Source: Lingula anatina
Lineage: Eukaryota > Animalia > Brachiopoda
Reading direction: 5' to 3'
DNA: 64,000 nt
NCBI GenBank assembly: GCA_051362555.1
Contig: CM120645.1
Coordinates: 2,604,001 to 2,668,000, forward strand
Below, piece by piece: positions 36,007 through 48,100 of this stretch; position 1 is the first letter of the stretch, and every line of letters begins with the position of its first letter. Position numbers and translations under genes: made by a program. The notes below the pieces were generated by a model that was not told the DNA's origin, did no database searches, and worked only from the letters and a program-made list of their open reading frames with translations.

Positions 36007-36369
36007 AGGTCCAGACTGTATTTCTGCGAGTAGTTTGTGACCAAGTCAAAATTTTTGTTTGCAGGGATTTTGCTATAAGGCTGTATCAACCGTGCCTGAT
36101 TGCCTGATTAGTTTGAGCTACGGTAATCCCAAAGGAAGGGGTTTTGACAGTAAAGAAGCAACGATAACGTACCCGGTAGAAGCCCAGTAGGCCTACTAAT
36201 TTTTTAATGGAAACCGTCCATAACGTGGAGTTATGAAATTATATTGTAAAATCACGTCAGTGTTGAAGTAGCGTGATGTATATAGTCACAGTGGTTTCGG
36301 CACTTTGGATCGAGGGCACAGAATGACCAAACTGATTGCCTTGACCAGGTCAAATAACGCTTCGTTTTA

Positions 36370-36625
36370 AAGAAGTCGTTAAGTTTGATTTATACGGTTA
36401 GAGAAATCGTTATAGGTTTGGTTTACCTTAATACTATAGCTTATAATTTTTACGATTACAGAAGTCGGTAGTTTTGGTTATGTATATGTTCATTGCTTAT
36501 GATGATTTCTACGATGAGAGGAGTCGTTAGGTTTGATTAATCTTTATATTAGCTTATTTTTTACGATTAGAGAAATCGTTAGGTTTGGTTACTTCATTAT
36601 CATCTTATGATTTTTACGATTTTTT
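36370..36625. repeat. Degenerate ~55-bp tandem repeat, about 5 copies
   Basis: Recurring ttttacgattagagaaatcgttaggtttg(g/a)tta unit downstream of the paralog B stop codon. Confidence 0.8.
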
Positions 36626-38061
36626 GTTATTAGGACATATTCTGTTCTGTACACACCATATAATTTTTTTAAACCTTCTCTGCTTTTTTACACCATATAT
36701 TATTGGTAAGGCAGCAGCAAAAATAAATACCGAAATTCAGAGTGTGAAGTTAAATGATCTTATACTGCACATGTATACTTCTTTCCTCCGGGGTAAACAG
36801 GAGCGAATGAACGTGAACCCTAACCTGCAAAGTAATCAATCTTTGCAATTTGTTAAAAATAAGTTCGTTTGAAACTGGGGTTTCCATGGCAGTGCCACGT
36901 GATGGGAGGCATGTATTTCTGTAATCACGCCATCTGAATATTTGCGAATGGCGTGAATTGATGCAGAGAGGCCCCTTTTCTCCTTGTATGAACAAATCAC
37001 TGCATGAAAGGTTAAATTACGTATTCTACGACAGCCCTTGGAGAGATATTTAAAGAAAGCACTGATGGACATTGCATGTCTTTAGTGATGCTGCTCAGTT
37101 CTCACAGGGGTCGCTATATCATGCGATAGACCTTTATACAAAATAATAAATATATAAAAATAAATAATTTAAGGTATAACCTATCCAAAATCGTTGAGAA
37201 TATGATCTTTCAATCCTTTTTGTGTTACTCACGTCGTAGACATTGGTAAAATTAACCAACGAAGGTACTAAAACAAGTATATGGATAGTTATTCTGAGAA
37301 GCGTTTTGGGGATGGTTTACCTTGGCGACTAAGGAAAATGTGTTGAAAACTCCATCAAAAAATACAATTTTGCTATATAAAGGCCTTACACTTATCATGT
37401 GAATTTAATGAACGAAACAAGGGCGTAAATGGCTGCACCGGACGGGGACCACCGACCAAAACAGAATTTTCCCGAAGGGAGGTCAGAGATGCCCACGTGT
37501 GCCACATGTCGTTGACCTTCAGCGAGGCATTTTGCTGGCAATTACACCAGCTACTGCGTGATGACATGAAATATCCCAATAATGAATCGACAAGGGAATT
37601 CTCGCCGCCAATATTAAGTCTAGATTATACAGGTAAAAACCTATACTTCGCCCCGGTTACAGGTACATTGTATACTACATAGGACAGGGATACGAGCGAG
37701 GGAAGACCTTTGTTATGGCAACAGAGAAAACGACTTATATGATATGACAAATGTGGCACATTTCATTACAGTAGGATTGGTTTTTGTGGACATCGGCGAT
37801 ATGAAATAATACTGTAAAACAAGAAAGGAGACTCGGAGAATGATGAATTACCTTTACGATGCACATGGCTATATTGCTTATTCTAAATGATTCATTTTGA
37901 ACTAAAGACGTATATGATGAGAATATAAGAAAACTTTTCCCTCAAACAACTGAAAATTATTGCCAGGCAAAGCATGCGCAGCAGATGTTGTTCCTGAACA
38001 TCTAGAGGAAAAGTTAAACGCATACTGCGACTACATTTTGCTACTGTTAAGGTTTCTAAGT

Positions 38062-39588
38062 ATGTCTGCAAGTAAAACAATACTGAAGGATATCCATCGA
38101 CTTGATTTCGATATCAACCTCTTTTGGAAGATTGGTGGTCCAATTCTTTTGTCGTTAGGAACACTGTTCAACATCCTAGTTTTCGTCACCATAGCGACCA
38201 GGTCAGCTCATCGCACCGCCATCGGAGCCTACCTTGGCGCCATAGCACTGTTCGATGTGATGGTTCTGTGGTATAGTGTCTTCCGGATAGTTTTGTATGT
38301 GTTTCACTTCTTAGACATCAGAGCATTTGATGCCGTTTTCTGCCAGTTTCAAATCTTCTCTTTATTCACCAGTCAAAATGCAGTAACATGGCTTTTGGTT
38401 GCTGCCATTTTTGATCGCTTTGCTGTTGTCTGCTTCCCAGCACGTGCTGCTGAGTGCTGTAACTTTGGTCGTTCCGGACGGTTGATATTCTTAATTTTTG
38501 TCGTGAGCGGGTTGCTAAGCATGCACACGTTCTGGACAAGGGGTACACCTTATAAACAAAATGACTTACTGCCCATAAACGGAACGGATCCAATTATCAC
38601 CGAAACCGCCCAAGAGACATTTTGTGGATACACAAGTGTGGAGGCGGAACACTTTTGGAAGTCTACCCTACCAATATGTCTTCTCTTCACACAATTCATC
38701 ATGCCTTTCTCCATAGTAGTAGTTCTAACTCATTTTATCCTTCGTTCCTTGATCTACCAAATGAAGGTCCGACCCCGCCTTAGTCTCACCCGTAAGGGAA
38801 GCCTGCAAAGCAGCAGTTTTCCCGGGAGTTTCAGTGGCAGCATTTCATCAACGGACTATCAGCAGCTTGTGCAGCACCAGAATTACATGAAGCGGATCAC
38901 AAGAATGACCATCATCATCGCCATCTTGTCCTTCCTCCTGCAGGGTCCTTGGGTGACATACTTCATCCTCACGGAGACGTACCCTGAAGATACTGTATTT
39001 CTGGACTCTAACGCTTCCATCGTCCTCCTTTGTGGATACAGCGGCAACGCCTTGAAACTCATCGTTTATTGCCTCATCAGCGAAAAGTTTCGGAAGGACG
39101 TCAAGGGCACCTTGACCTGCACGTGCTTTGGGGTGAAGGTTGACCCCACCAGTCCACGAGGGAGCATCATGGGGGTCTACTCCAAAATGCGCGGGAGCCT
39201 GCGCAATCGCAAGTACAGACACTCCATGAGGTCCGTGGAGTCTATGTCCAAAGGGATCCAGACCAACGAAACGGACATCGAGGAGTGGATCAGAGCCTCC
39301 CGTGGGGCCAAAAAGGTGGTCAAAGAGGACACGTACGACCCCACTCTGGGGGAGGACGGGGAGACTTGGATGAACCTCCCCGTGAGAACGGTGAACATGA
39401 TGACCAGCTACTGGAACATGGACCCAAACACCGAGTGCCACTTCTGCAGGAAGATCACAGAGAAGTGCGTCAAGGCGCCGGACAAGGACAGACTGGATGT
39501 CTATAATAATTCCTGTGAATGTCTCCGGTGTCCAACCTCCGAGGACGAGGAGGTGGAGGAGGAGGAAACTGGCGAAAAGAAATCGTGA
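38062..39588 (+). CDS. Intronless rhodopsin-family (class A) GPCR, FMRFamide/TRH-receptor-like orphan
   Basis: Single ORF (open from 37960; first ATG at 38062). Seven hydrophobic segments with GTLFNILVF (TM1), YLGAIALFD (TM2), C at the top of TM3, FDRFAVVCFP, FIMPF (TM5), LQGP (TM6) and IVYCLISEKFR (TM7/helix 8). Confidence 0.92.
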   Translation: MSASKTILKDIHRLDFDINLFWKIGGPILLSLGTLFNILVFVTIATRSAHRTAIGAYLGAIALFDVMVLWYSVFRIVLYVFHFLDIRAFDAVFCQFQIFSLFTSQNAVTWLLVAAIFDRFAVVCFPARAAECCNFGRSGRLIFLIFVVSGLLSMHTFWTRGTPYKQNDLLPINGTDPIITETAQETFCGYTSVEAEHFWKSTLPICLLFTQFIMPFSIVVVLTHFILRSLIYQMKVRPRLSLTRKGSLQSSSFPGSFSGSISSTDYQQLVQHQNYMKRITRMTIIIAILSFLLQGPWVTYFILTETYPEDTVFLDSNASIVLLCGYSGNALKLIVYCLISEKFRKDVKGTLTCTCFGVKVDPTSPRGSIMGVYSKMRGSLRNRKYRHSMRSVESMSKGIQTNETDIEEWIRASRGAKKVVKEDTYDPTLGEDGETWMNLPVRTVNMMTSYWNMDPNTECHFCRKITEKCVKAPDKDRLDVYNNSCECLRCPTSEDEEVEEEETGEKKS

Positions 39589-41760
39589 AAATTTGGAACC
39601 AGATATCAGTGATTTAACAATACATTTTACACAACATAATTTTCAGAAGACGATGATTTTGAAGCAGAGACATAGCTATAAAAGACTTCAGTTTTTCAAT
39701 GTCTCCAAATGTAATAATTATCTGAAGAAAAAACATCATGCTCAGTTAAGAGCGATTTCATCTTTCATGGAAAGCTTCATTGTACAAGTTAAAAGCTTGC
39801 ATAGTGAAAATAAAATAAGTAAAATCTCAAAAAGGTGCGTAAGTGACGTAGTACTTTTCTCAGAGAGCATGCAGCTGTGAAACGATGCTTTGCAAACTTT
39901 TCCAAGGCGTCCAATCCTTCGCAAATAATGATGCAGAAGAATATACCTAAAGCGATATGATTTTTCTTCTTTTTGAGTTTAACTAGCTGGCTTCTGGTAC
40001 CCAGTAAACATAGATAGACCATGGGCAGTATGAGTTAATGTTTCGCACAGTTACTCAGAAACTCTTGGTGTCTATGCTTTATATTGTAGCAGTCAATATC
40101 AGGTCATATCAGGGTATTGATTAAACGCGTAACCAGTGATTAAACCAGCAGAGTTACCTAGTAATCACGTCAAGCACAGTGCATGTGGGGGTGTAAGTGG
40201 TTGTTATTCAATGGGAATGTTTGTTGGTGCCAACCCGGAATATGTCATGATCATACTAATACAAATTTTGAGTAAGGACAAATTAAAAACCGCGCCCACA
40301 AGACATTCAAACCTCTGGTTGCAAAAAAAAAAAAAATAAAATAATAATAATAAAATAAAAAAATAAATAAATAATAAATAAATAAAATAAAAAATAAATA
40401 AATAAATGAATGAATAAATAAATAAATGGAAAAAAGTGGTATGTGGGTAAGTGGGGTGCTCTGAACGAGGCTGGCAATATTTGAAGTACATTTTCACATT
40501 TTCCGACTACCCCAAAATTTTTAACTCAGACTGGATCTAAGTTTTAATTTATAACGCGCTTGTCACTATAGTGCTTCTTAAGGTATATACTAGTAAGTAA
40601 ACTATATGTGCCTATGTGTGGAAATTCTATGGGTTACTAGCCTAAGAATGGATGGTGCAACTTGTCCTGGTGGGTAACGAAGATGCCAAAAAATTTAGAA
40701 AATGAAAAAAATAATAATAAATTGATAAAATCAAATAGAAAAAATTAAAAGATTTAAAAACATGTCGATTACATCTCTTAAGAAAAGATCAGATACTGCA
40801 GTATCAGTAGGGCCTACATCTGTGTTTTGTCGGGATCCAAACACTGACACTGACAGGTTATTTAGAAGGAAGGAGATGGGGGAGGGGGTGCAGGCTGAAA
40901 GGGAAAAGATATTTTTGCAAAGAAAAATAGGCCTATCAGACAATTAATTGTTCTATTATCTGATTATTTTCAAGTCGGTTAGTTGTCCGAGGTGTTGTTT
41001 ATTGCATCCTAAGTTGACCCGAAGCACACATATTAGTTTTGCTCGGCCTATTCTAGGACCAAATCTCCTTTTCCATTGTGTCTTGAATTTTATACACGAT
41101 GGATCAGACCTTCTTGGATAGGTCAAGCAAGCCGGATCACGCGACGGTTGTCAAGTAAATTCAACACGCATTTGCACGGTCCCTAAAGACTAAGATCATG
41201 AATAAATTAAGACACAGAACAACAGTAATCAGGAGTGTGTAGACATATCATGGTAAACCCAGGAGTCATGTAACGCCTGACTTTATGAAGCTGTAGAAAT
41301 ATTGATCTCAACTTGTATATTGTTGTATTACGGCACAGAACAGTGTACCCGTTGTTTCATTTCTGTTAGAATCGTTTGTGAAAACGGCAGATAGATTGTT
41401 TTAAGTAGGCTATTTATATTTTCTCTCACTTGTTTCATTGACTAATTCATTAGGCCTACTTAATGTGCTTTAATTAATCACCCTAATCTTATTTATTTTT
41501 TAACTTTTTTGTGTCTAGGCCCTATTCTTTCTTTGGTTGTCGCTTATTTGTAGCTTTAGTGATGATTAATTAAAAAGGCTAGGCCTATAGCCTATATGTT
41601 CGCATGGACGTAGGCCTACCTATTTGAAAATAAGATAAAGTGATCGAATCACATTAATTAACAGTGTACCTGTAGCAATGAGTTTACTTAAAATCACGAG
41701 GCAAAATAACCCAAAATAACCTTACATCTACTGGTATGTGAATATAAATGTATTTTACTG

Positions 41761-41803
<43 letters not shown>

Positions 41804-42114
41804 TTGTTTGTTTGTTTGTTTGTTTGTTTGTAGTTTTCGCTCATCAACCCGGTTAGTGTTGAAGAAAACAATTTTCTATATAATGTCAGGACTAGACGAG
41901 TTACAAAATAAACATGAAAGACATATATTTTTAAAACAAGATTACAACACTACATCTTTATCTTACTTTAATGTTAAATCTAGTGCAGTAACGACAAACC
42001 ACTGCAGTAGCGTCTTTACGTCGCGCTGCTTATGCTATTTTACGCGCGTTATAGTGAACCTCAAGGTATAGTACGCATGCGCGCTTTGGAATTTTTACCT
42101 GTAACGACAACAAC

Positions 42115-45100
42115 ATGTCAGCTGTTTCGAGACAGAAGAAATTAGACGTAAGACGCATTTATTTAAATAACTGTGACTTGATGATTCTCCCTAAAAATTG
42201 AATGACATTATCCATACTGATTTGTGTTTTATCTTTGTAGCCGCTGAGTCGGAAAGTGCCAGAGAACCCCAAATATCAACATGTTAAAGCGACGGTCGAT
42301 ACCGGTGAGTTTGAATGAATCTATGGCAATGTTTTTTGTTGCCATTACACATATCTCTTACGATGTCATTGAAAATTTTTGTGGCGATCGACAGAGAAAA
42401 CGTAGCTATTTTCAAAATATTTAAATTTGATACAATGGTCAGTATGTTTCAATTTATAAACTCTTGCCACCGTGTGGACGATGACTTGAATTACATGTAC
42501 TGTACGTTACTACAGACAGTGTGTGTGTGTGTGTATATACAGACACAGTTTCATTGTCAGTAGTCAGTCTGTTCAAGCTCTGATTTAAAGCTTAAAACAT
42601 GTGATTTGAACACGTGTCATGTCAAAAAAGATATGTCAGCTTATTTTAAAACAACGGCAAGAATATAAAGCAGTAATTTTTAATTGTTCAACAAAGTTTC
42701 ATTTTTCAACACAGTGAGACAATATTACATTAATTTAGGAATAACTCAAACTGTTATGGAGTAGTTAAAGATGAAAGGATGACATAAGAAAACTGAATAA
42801 TTGAAATGATTTGCCCAACAACTACATGGTAGGTCGGACAGTGGGACCCAAACTGAAAAAATTACTTGAAATAATTATTTATTTGCCCTTTTGAATAAAC
42901 TTTCATTTTATTGTACAGAATATTAAGAACACACATGATACATACCTTATTTGACAGCATTCACTGTATATCTTTTGGAAGGACATGCTGCACACATCCC
43001 CCTCCTTTTGTGATAAGAAATAGTTGGCCTGTGGAGACTGCTGCTTCTCTAATGAAATCCACATGTTTTGTTGATCATATTCAGCCAACCAAGTGTCCTC
43101 AAACATACTATCACTGGTGCCAATTGTGGTTATCTTTATATTCTTCATTTCAGGTGCTAGTCTTAACAAGTACATGTCCAAGATTGAAGAAATTAGAAGA
43201 AGTAAGTATTCGATCCTCCACATAAACCTCCGCAAAATAAAAACGCCTGCGGTACCCATTTGGTACCACTGCCCGCATTATCCACATCAACTTTACATCT
43301 TTTAATTAAGAAATAAAATGCGCCAGAGTCACACTCCGCCCCCCCATTTCAAAATAAATAAAGGCAGAAATTACTTCTGATAAGGATTCAGCTGTATGGA
43401 CTTTGCTGTTGACTTTCAGTTCAGTTCAGTTCAGCAGACTTCTTACTTTCACAAAAACTTGCGCATGTGCCTGAGCATGATTCATCATTTCTTATATATA
43501 ACTTGTGTGTATTTTATACCGTCCTTTTGGAGACTGTCATCCAAATAGTAATGTGCTTTGAGTTGTAACCTGTAAGTCAAATATTGCAAATAAGTCTTGA
43601 AACTAGTTTTTTATTTCTAAAAAGAAAAATGAAAAATCATCACCAATGTTTTTAGTACAGAACAATCGGATCCTCAATATATTTATTTGTCTTTTTATAT
43701 TTTTTTCTTTTATAATGATTATGAATTTATGATAAAAAAAAAACTTATATTTGTCTTATTAAAAAATATACAGGTTTTTTTAAACATTGCTGTATATATT
43801 TGTTCCCATTTTGTTAATTCATGGTATCACAATGACACATAATGAAAAGATTTCCTATAAAGAGGAGTAAACCTTGTTTTGTTTTCTCAACTAACACAAT
43901 GAGTTCAGAACGTTAGGCTACAACAGTAATAGGTATAAGATGGCATTTATAGTTGGCAAGCTATATAAATGTATATTACTTCTTTTTGCTGTTTAACAAA
44001 CTGTATGTTTTTAATTGTTGGTTTGCATTTTTTAAAAAATTATTTTAGGTGAAAAGTTAAAAGATGTATTTAGCTTGTACTTAGAATATTGCAACCTGCC
44101 AGATTGTGTTAGGGTAATAGGCCATACAATGTTTCAGTCAATTATTTACGAATAAGATTTATCATTCTATATAATAAATAGATATCCTGTTCTTGAAATC
44201 ATGTACTTAGCTGTTACAAACAAAGAATTGATTTGGCAAAATGTGTTTTAAAAAACAATTTTGTTTTGAATTTAGTACTAGTAAGTGAAAAAGTGTAACA
44301 ATATTTGAAGAATAATTAAACCTAATCTGCCCGTGCGATAAGGAATGAAGCAATTCTTTATCAATCCAATGTGTGCTTAGTAAATCCAGTTAATTCATGC
44401 AGGATTAAAATTTAATAGCAAGAGCTTAAGTAAATTTTAGACGGATTAACTACTCTGGAATTTAAATTGACTAGTTGGAACATGAATTAAAACCCTATGG
44501 CAGTGATGGCACTGTTGTGTTTGGATTTTTAAATTTATTTTGCATTTAACTATTATAAATTCATTTTGGATTGTAAATGAAATAGAAGACCAAAATGTTT
44601 AGAAAGTGTAAAAGCCTGAGGACCGTGAACTCAGATAGAACCTGACACTCACTGAGCAGTTTTTTCATAAAATTTGATAACAATAAGCAAACAAGTAAAA
44701 AACATATTCACTGTTGCATTAAAAATGTATTTTAAACTCTGTGGTCTCAGATTTAAATGGCTCCATGTGATCTGTGTCTTTAAATTACTCGTACTCTATT
44801 TCTACACGCACACACAGAACATTTACTGACTGGAAGAGTGACAACCTCCCCCAAAAAGCATATTTACAAAACTTCTGGAATGACATGTCTTTAAGCCCTA
44901 CTGCATTCAAACCATAAACTTTTTAATCCGGCTCTGTTTACCATGACATTTGTATGGTGTTGACTAAGAGACCTGGAACAGGGGAGTTGACAGGGGGGCA
45001 TGTCACCCACGACTGTTGTCAAAACACGGTGTTCACATCAGACTCATAATAGGTTGAATATCAGCTGGTTCAAATGACATGAACTTGGACTTTGTCCTTT

Positions 45101-48100
45101 TAATTGTAGTTATCCTATATATGAATGAAGCCAGGTACTAGTACCCTCCTACTCCTACAGCTATGTGTGAAAAAAAACAAAGCTTTGTCCGTTATCATTT
45201 GGCATTTGACACACTGAAATGATTGCAGTTAGCCTTATCTTTGTGTTTTTAGACTGGGCCAGCATCGGTCTATCTGAGCCCAGTGTGAATGCGCCCCGTG
45301 TGGCCTTATCCACACTGTGTTAAATAGCCATCTATTCTAGCAACTTATTCACTGCAGGTTTTTAATTGAATGTCCTCAGTAAATACAGGGTATTGATAAC
45401 AGTCAGGCCTCCTTCTGTTTGCCTTTATGTGTATGTGTGTGTAGTCGGCTGGGAGAAATGAACATATAGCGACCATTCATTACATTGTAAACAATGTAAA
45501 AGATTACCACAGTGTGTTGGTAGAGGCGTTTGCCAATATCCTGGCTGTGGTGTGCGTTATTTCCATGGGGAGATGACGGAGGCCTTGTTAGACCCTATGA
45601 AAAATCAGACGGATATAACCAAATCAAATGGACTTGGAACAATATCTGATGGAAAGGAGAAACTTACGAAAACTGAGGCTCGATCATTTGTGAATTACTT
45701 TGAATAAACGCGTGAGAGTTGTCACTGGGAGTAGGTTGATAGGGACTCCTCCCCCGTTAACAGTGATTTGCTGATAGCAAACTGGTTCCTTGGATACAGT
45801 CGGGTCCCCTTCTGGCCCTTGCCTGTGTGTGTATGTGTGTGCTGTGCCTCACATGTTTATGTAGATTAGTGTTCTAGACCATTCAAGAGTAACAGAGCTC
45901 TGATTTTATTGTGACAATTCAGAATCATTTATTAAAAAAACAAAGCTCTCTGGGTATAATGTTATGATGTAATATGAGTGTGCGCTACATCATACATGTG
46001 CATGCAGGATTTACGGGCCAATGAAGTAGGGAGTTTGGATTTTCATATTTGAATTTAACATGTTGAAGAGTTCTTGGAAAAAAATTAAAGTCCATTACCC
46101 AAAGGATGAGCCGCGGAAAACAAAGGAGGAACTTGATGAGTTGGTGAAGTCCCCGAGAGAAGGTAACAGTTGTCAACAGGTGTTACACTGCCATGTGTAT
46201 AGGCCCTGGCTGTTGCACTGTTGCTGTTTATTGTTGTGTCATTGTTATTTGTACAGGAGTGACACAGGTAGACCTGTGACTTTTATGCAATGATTGTTTT
46301 GCTGTTGTAGTTTTACTGCAGTGAAAGATGCTTCAAAAATGACCTCATAGTATACATTCTTTTTAACGGTTTTTGGCCTGTCAATATTGATAGACATAAA
46401 AAAATGTATTGAAAAAAATTTTTGATTTATTTATCAATTTTTTTCTTGCAGACTACAGATACAAGAAAGATGAACTTTTCAAGCGTATGAAAGTGACAAC
46501 ATTTGTTCAACTGGTAAGTTCAGTACACATTTGCACTCTCTCCTTATGGACATACTATTAAATATTCTCCACTGCTTTCTCAAAATGATGTTTTAAAAAT
46601 AGACTTTTTGATCCTGGAAAAGATAAAAGGAAGTTTATGAATTTAAGTAAAGTGACTGTTTGTCGGTCTAAAACAGCCATTTTTTAAATATTATTTATCA
46701 GTTGATTTATTTATCATTTATTTTTTATGAAGTATACTTTGTCTACTGACTTTTCCAATGCCTTATCCAGTGTCAAAAAAAAAAAAAATTCTAAGGTACT
46801 GGATTAAATTTAATTAAATTCCCTTTTAAATAGTGTGCTAGAGCGCATCAGTTCTGTAGATGATACAGAAAAAATAGACCATTATATCATGGATTGCGAT
46901 GTTTAAATGGCACAATGTACCTATGAACAGAGACTATTTTCCTTCAGATCAACCCAGTCTTCTCAAACGATTTTGAAATGTGATACAGTGCTGTGCTGTT
47001 CAGAAAAGCATTAATTAGTTATGCCATTGGTATTGATTTTACCTTTGTCAAAGGCATTTTGACTTTTTTTAATGGGACCACAAATGTTGAGACGTGGAAG
47101 TTCTGAAAATCAATGGCACACAGGCCTGCTTTTCTAGCATGATAATGGCATGGAACTTGGGTCAAATTTTGATGCCAAGTGGGCCTTTTTTCAGGACAAA
47201 AGAGTCGTTCTTTCACCCTCCTCCCTCTTGCATTTGGGCGTGGCACAGTATCAGTGATTCTTTTCTTGTGATTTTCACCTATTTGTAATTGCAGTGTTAT
47301 ATATTTTTGCAATTTTGTCTGGTGTCCTCAATTTTCTGTCACTGTCGGTCTTCAATCCCTTTCATCACATGTTAAAATTGAATCAGAATTATTAATGTTT
47401 TACTTTGCTCTAGCTAACTGGAAATAATGTTTTCTGATTATTTGAATTTTTTTATTATAAACATCTTTAATAAACAATGACCGTTCCTAAACAGGTTATT
47501 TTCAAGCAAGTAATTATGCCATTGTATAATAAATGTTTTAAAATGAAGAGGTTTGTTCTGTCTCTAATATGTAGCCAGGTTGTGTACGTAACAGCATAAA
47601 GAGAGATTGGTGTTTCAGACAAAACACACACAGTTACCCTTTGAATTAAATAGGAGTGTTGACATTCAAATCCTGTGGCCTTTTTTTGGATGAGTAAGAA
47701 AACATTACCTGTTAATTATTTCAAATCAATAGAGAGAGAGGCCTTGGCAAATGTCAGAATACGTACCCTCAATCTTTAGTTCATATTTTGATATTAAGCT
47801 TCATGCATGTTAATAAGTAAGAAATAATGAGATCATTCAGTCTTCTTGGCACCAGGTGTCCTCATTTTACAGACTACGGCAAGTTCTCTCTAATATATTT
47901 ATGCACTAGTATTACTATCCAAATGTCAGAATGGAAAAAGTTGGCATCAGTTTACTAGTAAGTTACCCATGACTGTGTACATTTCCCCCTGAACTCATTG
48001 GTGTAAGTTACAGCAAATATTTGAGTATTACAACACCACACTGTGATACATTGATTGTCATCACTGCACTTAATTGATTGTAAGGAGGATGTTATACAAT

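Noticed and set aside
37960-38061. N-terminal extension of the GPCR ORF from a TTG start
   Set aside because: Non-ATG start in a eukaryote. The first ATG at 38062 is preferred, although an upstream spliced exon cannot be excluded.
38848-39441. 197-aa antisense ORF inside the GPCR
   Set aside because: It is a typical shadow ORF of GC3-rich coding sequence with no recognisable motifs.
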